A DNA stretch of 64,000 nt from an uncultured Planctomycetota bacterium. Its GTDB lineage: Bacteria > Planctomycetota > Planctomycetia > Pirellulales > Lacipirellulaceae. This document shows positions 62,519-64,000 of this stretch, in pieces. The position numbers were made by a program, and so were the translations under genes. The stretch covers positions 2,048,001 to 2,112,000 of the forward strand of contig CAVRBU010000002.1 of NCBI GenBank assembly GCA_963719315.1. The letters run 5' to 3'. The notes under the pieces were generated by a model. That model did not search any database. It saw only the letters and a program-made list of their open reading frames with translations, and was not told the DNA's origin. Positions within the stretch are counted from its first letter, which is position 1, and every line of letters begins with the position of its first letter.

Positions 62519-63652
62519 ATGATTGAAGTTGTCGAAATCAACGATCTGGAGGAGTTGTCGCATTATCGGCTGGTGTGGAACTCGCTCTTCCCGGCCACGC
62601 CGAACGCCACGTTCTTTCTCACGTTCGACTGGTTCGAGACGTACTGGCGGCATTTCGGGCACGACCAGAAGATGCGCGTGCTCATCGTGTACGGCGGAGG
62701 CGAGGCGATCGGCATCGTGCCGTTGTGTGTGCGGCGCGAGCGGTACCGTGTGGGCAATGTTCGCGTGCTGACGTATCCGCTCGACAATTGGAGCACGTGG
62801 TACGGACCGATCGGTCCGAACCCGGCATCCACGATGATGGCCGCAATGCAGCACCTGCGCCGCACGCCGCGGAATTGGGACATGTTCGAGCTTCGCTGGG
62901 TCGCTAGCGAAGGCGTTCAAGGCGGCAAAACGGCGCGGGCCATGCGCGTGGCCAACATGTTTAGCGAAAAACAGGAATACCAAGTCACCTCGATCGTCGA
63001 CCTGCCGGCAACGTTGGATGAATTCTTGGACGGTAAATCGCAAACATTGCGGCGACAGTTCCGCCGGACGCTACGGGATTCATTCATGGACGGCCGAGTC
63101 CAATACGTTCGCCACCGGCCGCTGCCAGCCAGCGAAGGCGACGGTGATCCATGCTGGGATCTCTATGCCAATTGCGAGTCGGTCGCACAGGCCAGTTGGC
63201 AATCGCACGTGGTGCATGGCAACACCCTGACGCACGAACGGGTTCGTGAATACTTCCACGCCGCCCACGCTGCCGCCGCTCGCATCGGCATGGTCGATGT
63301 CAACGTGCTGAAGCTCGACGGCCAGCCCGTCGCGTTCCTGTACGGCTACCACTGCCAGAACAACGTCATCGGGCTGCGAACCGGCTTCCATGCCGAGACC
63401 GGCGGCGGGCTGGGCTCGGCGCTGATGCTCAATGCGATCGAAGACAGTTGCCGCCGCGGTGACCGCACGATCGACCTCGGACCTGGCGAACGCGAACACA
63501 AACGCCGGCTCCGCACGCGGACGGAAGCGACCTACCGGCTGACCTACACGCCAATCGACTCCTGGCGTTCGCAAGCGGTACGGCTCTCGCGCTGGGCAAA
63601 GGGGCGGTTGACGCGAACCACGGAACTAACGCCGGTAGGGGCTGCGAACTAA
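62519..63652 (+). CDS. GNAT acetyltransferase, CelD/BcsL family
   Basis: FFLTFDWFETYW, LDGQPVAFLYG, IDLGPGEREHK. Confidence 0.85.
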   Translation: MIEVVEINDLEELSHYRLVWNSLFPATPNATFFLTFDWFETYWRHFGHDQKMRVLIVYGGGEAIGIVPLCVRRERYRVGNVRVLTYPLDNWSTWYGPIGPNPASTMMAAMQHLRRTPRNWDMFELRWVASEGVQGGKTARAMRVANMFSEKQEYQVTSIVDLPATLDEFLDGKSQTLRRQFRRTLRDSFMDGRVQYVRHRPLPASEGDGDPCWDLYANCESVAQASWQSHVVHGNTLTHERVREYFHAAHAAAARIGMVDVNVLKLDGQPVAFLYGYHCQNNVIGLRTGFHAETGGGLGSALMLNAIEDSCRRGDRTIDLGPGEREHKRRLRTRTEATYRLTYTPIDSWRSQAVRLSRWAKGRLTRTTELTPVGAAN

Positions 63653-63711
63653 GTGCTGAACGTAGTCGCGTTTTTTCCGAAACAACGGTCGCTGCGGTTT
63701 TGTATCAAAAT

Positions 63712-64000
63712 CTATTTAGTTGCCTTGGGCGGCTCGAGCTCGTTGGCTTTCTTGCTGTATTCGGCGGCGAGATCGGTGCGGCCTAAAGCCTTCATGACCT
63801 CCGCCATGTGGCGGTAGGCACCAACGTGCTTGTTGTCGAACTCGAGCGCGGTAGCGTAGGACTCTGAGGCCTTCTGGTTGTCGCCCAACTTCTCGTCGGC
63901 CCGGCCGCGCTTGTAGTAGTACTCGGCGTTGGTCGGGTCGAGCCGGATGGCTTCGTCGAAATCGGAGACCGCCTTGTCGTATTCCCCGAGCGCCATGTAG
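63712..64000 (-). CDS. TPR-repeat protein, C-terminal part
   Basis: YDKAVSDFDEAIRLDP...YYKRG repeats; ORF runs off the window end. Confidence 0.85.
   Translation of the reverse strand, partial: YMALGEYDKAVSDFDEAIRLDPTNAEYYYKRGRADEKLGDNQKASESYATALEFDNKHVGAYRHMAEVMKALGRTDLAAEYSKKANELEPPKATK

Overview
A GC-rich chromosomal segment, most likely from a planctomycete of the Pirellulales type. This is inferred from gene content: a giant prepilin/PilX-like protein, a DUF11 protein, a DUF1207-like barrel, a single-domain GlmU and a VWA-secretin-like hybrid. Most of the window is housekeeping: fadBA, nupC, uvrA, tsaD, htrA-like, argBDF, glmU-prs, ubiD-like, LOG and a ROK kinase. It also holds two type II toxin-antitoxin pairs and one IS630 element that truncates a cupin gene. 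Single frameshifts in genes such as prs, uvrA and nupC point to indel sequencing errors, and these are far denser in the 1-9089 pilin-like locus. The most unusual signals are: (i) about nine inverted arrays of 7-8 bp tandem repeats with different units but one architecture, some translated in-frame; (ii) many GTAG-type REP doublets, plus a REP-like palindrome in-frame in uvrA where the insertion domain is missing; (iii) a multi-stem structured leader at about 36106-36286; (iv) odd envelope proteins, namely a VWA/secretin-fragment hybrid, a Cys-rich lipoprotein beside a secreted transglutaminase, a stand-alone prepilin-peptidase N-domain and a bare PEP-CTERM-like peptide. No rRNA, tRNA or CRISPR array was seen. 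All family assignments come from motif recognition, not database searches.
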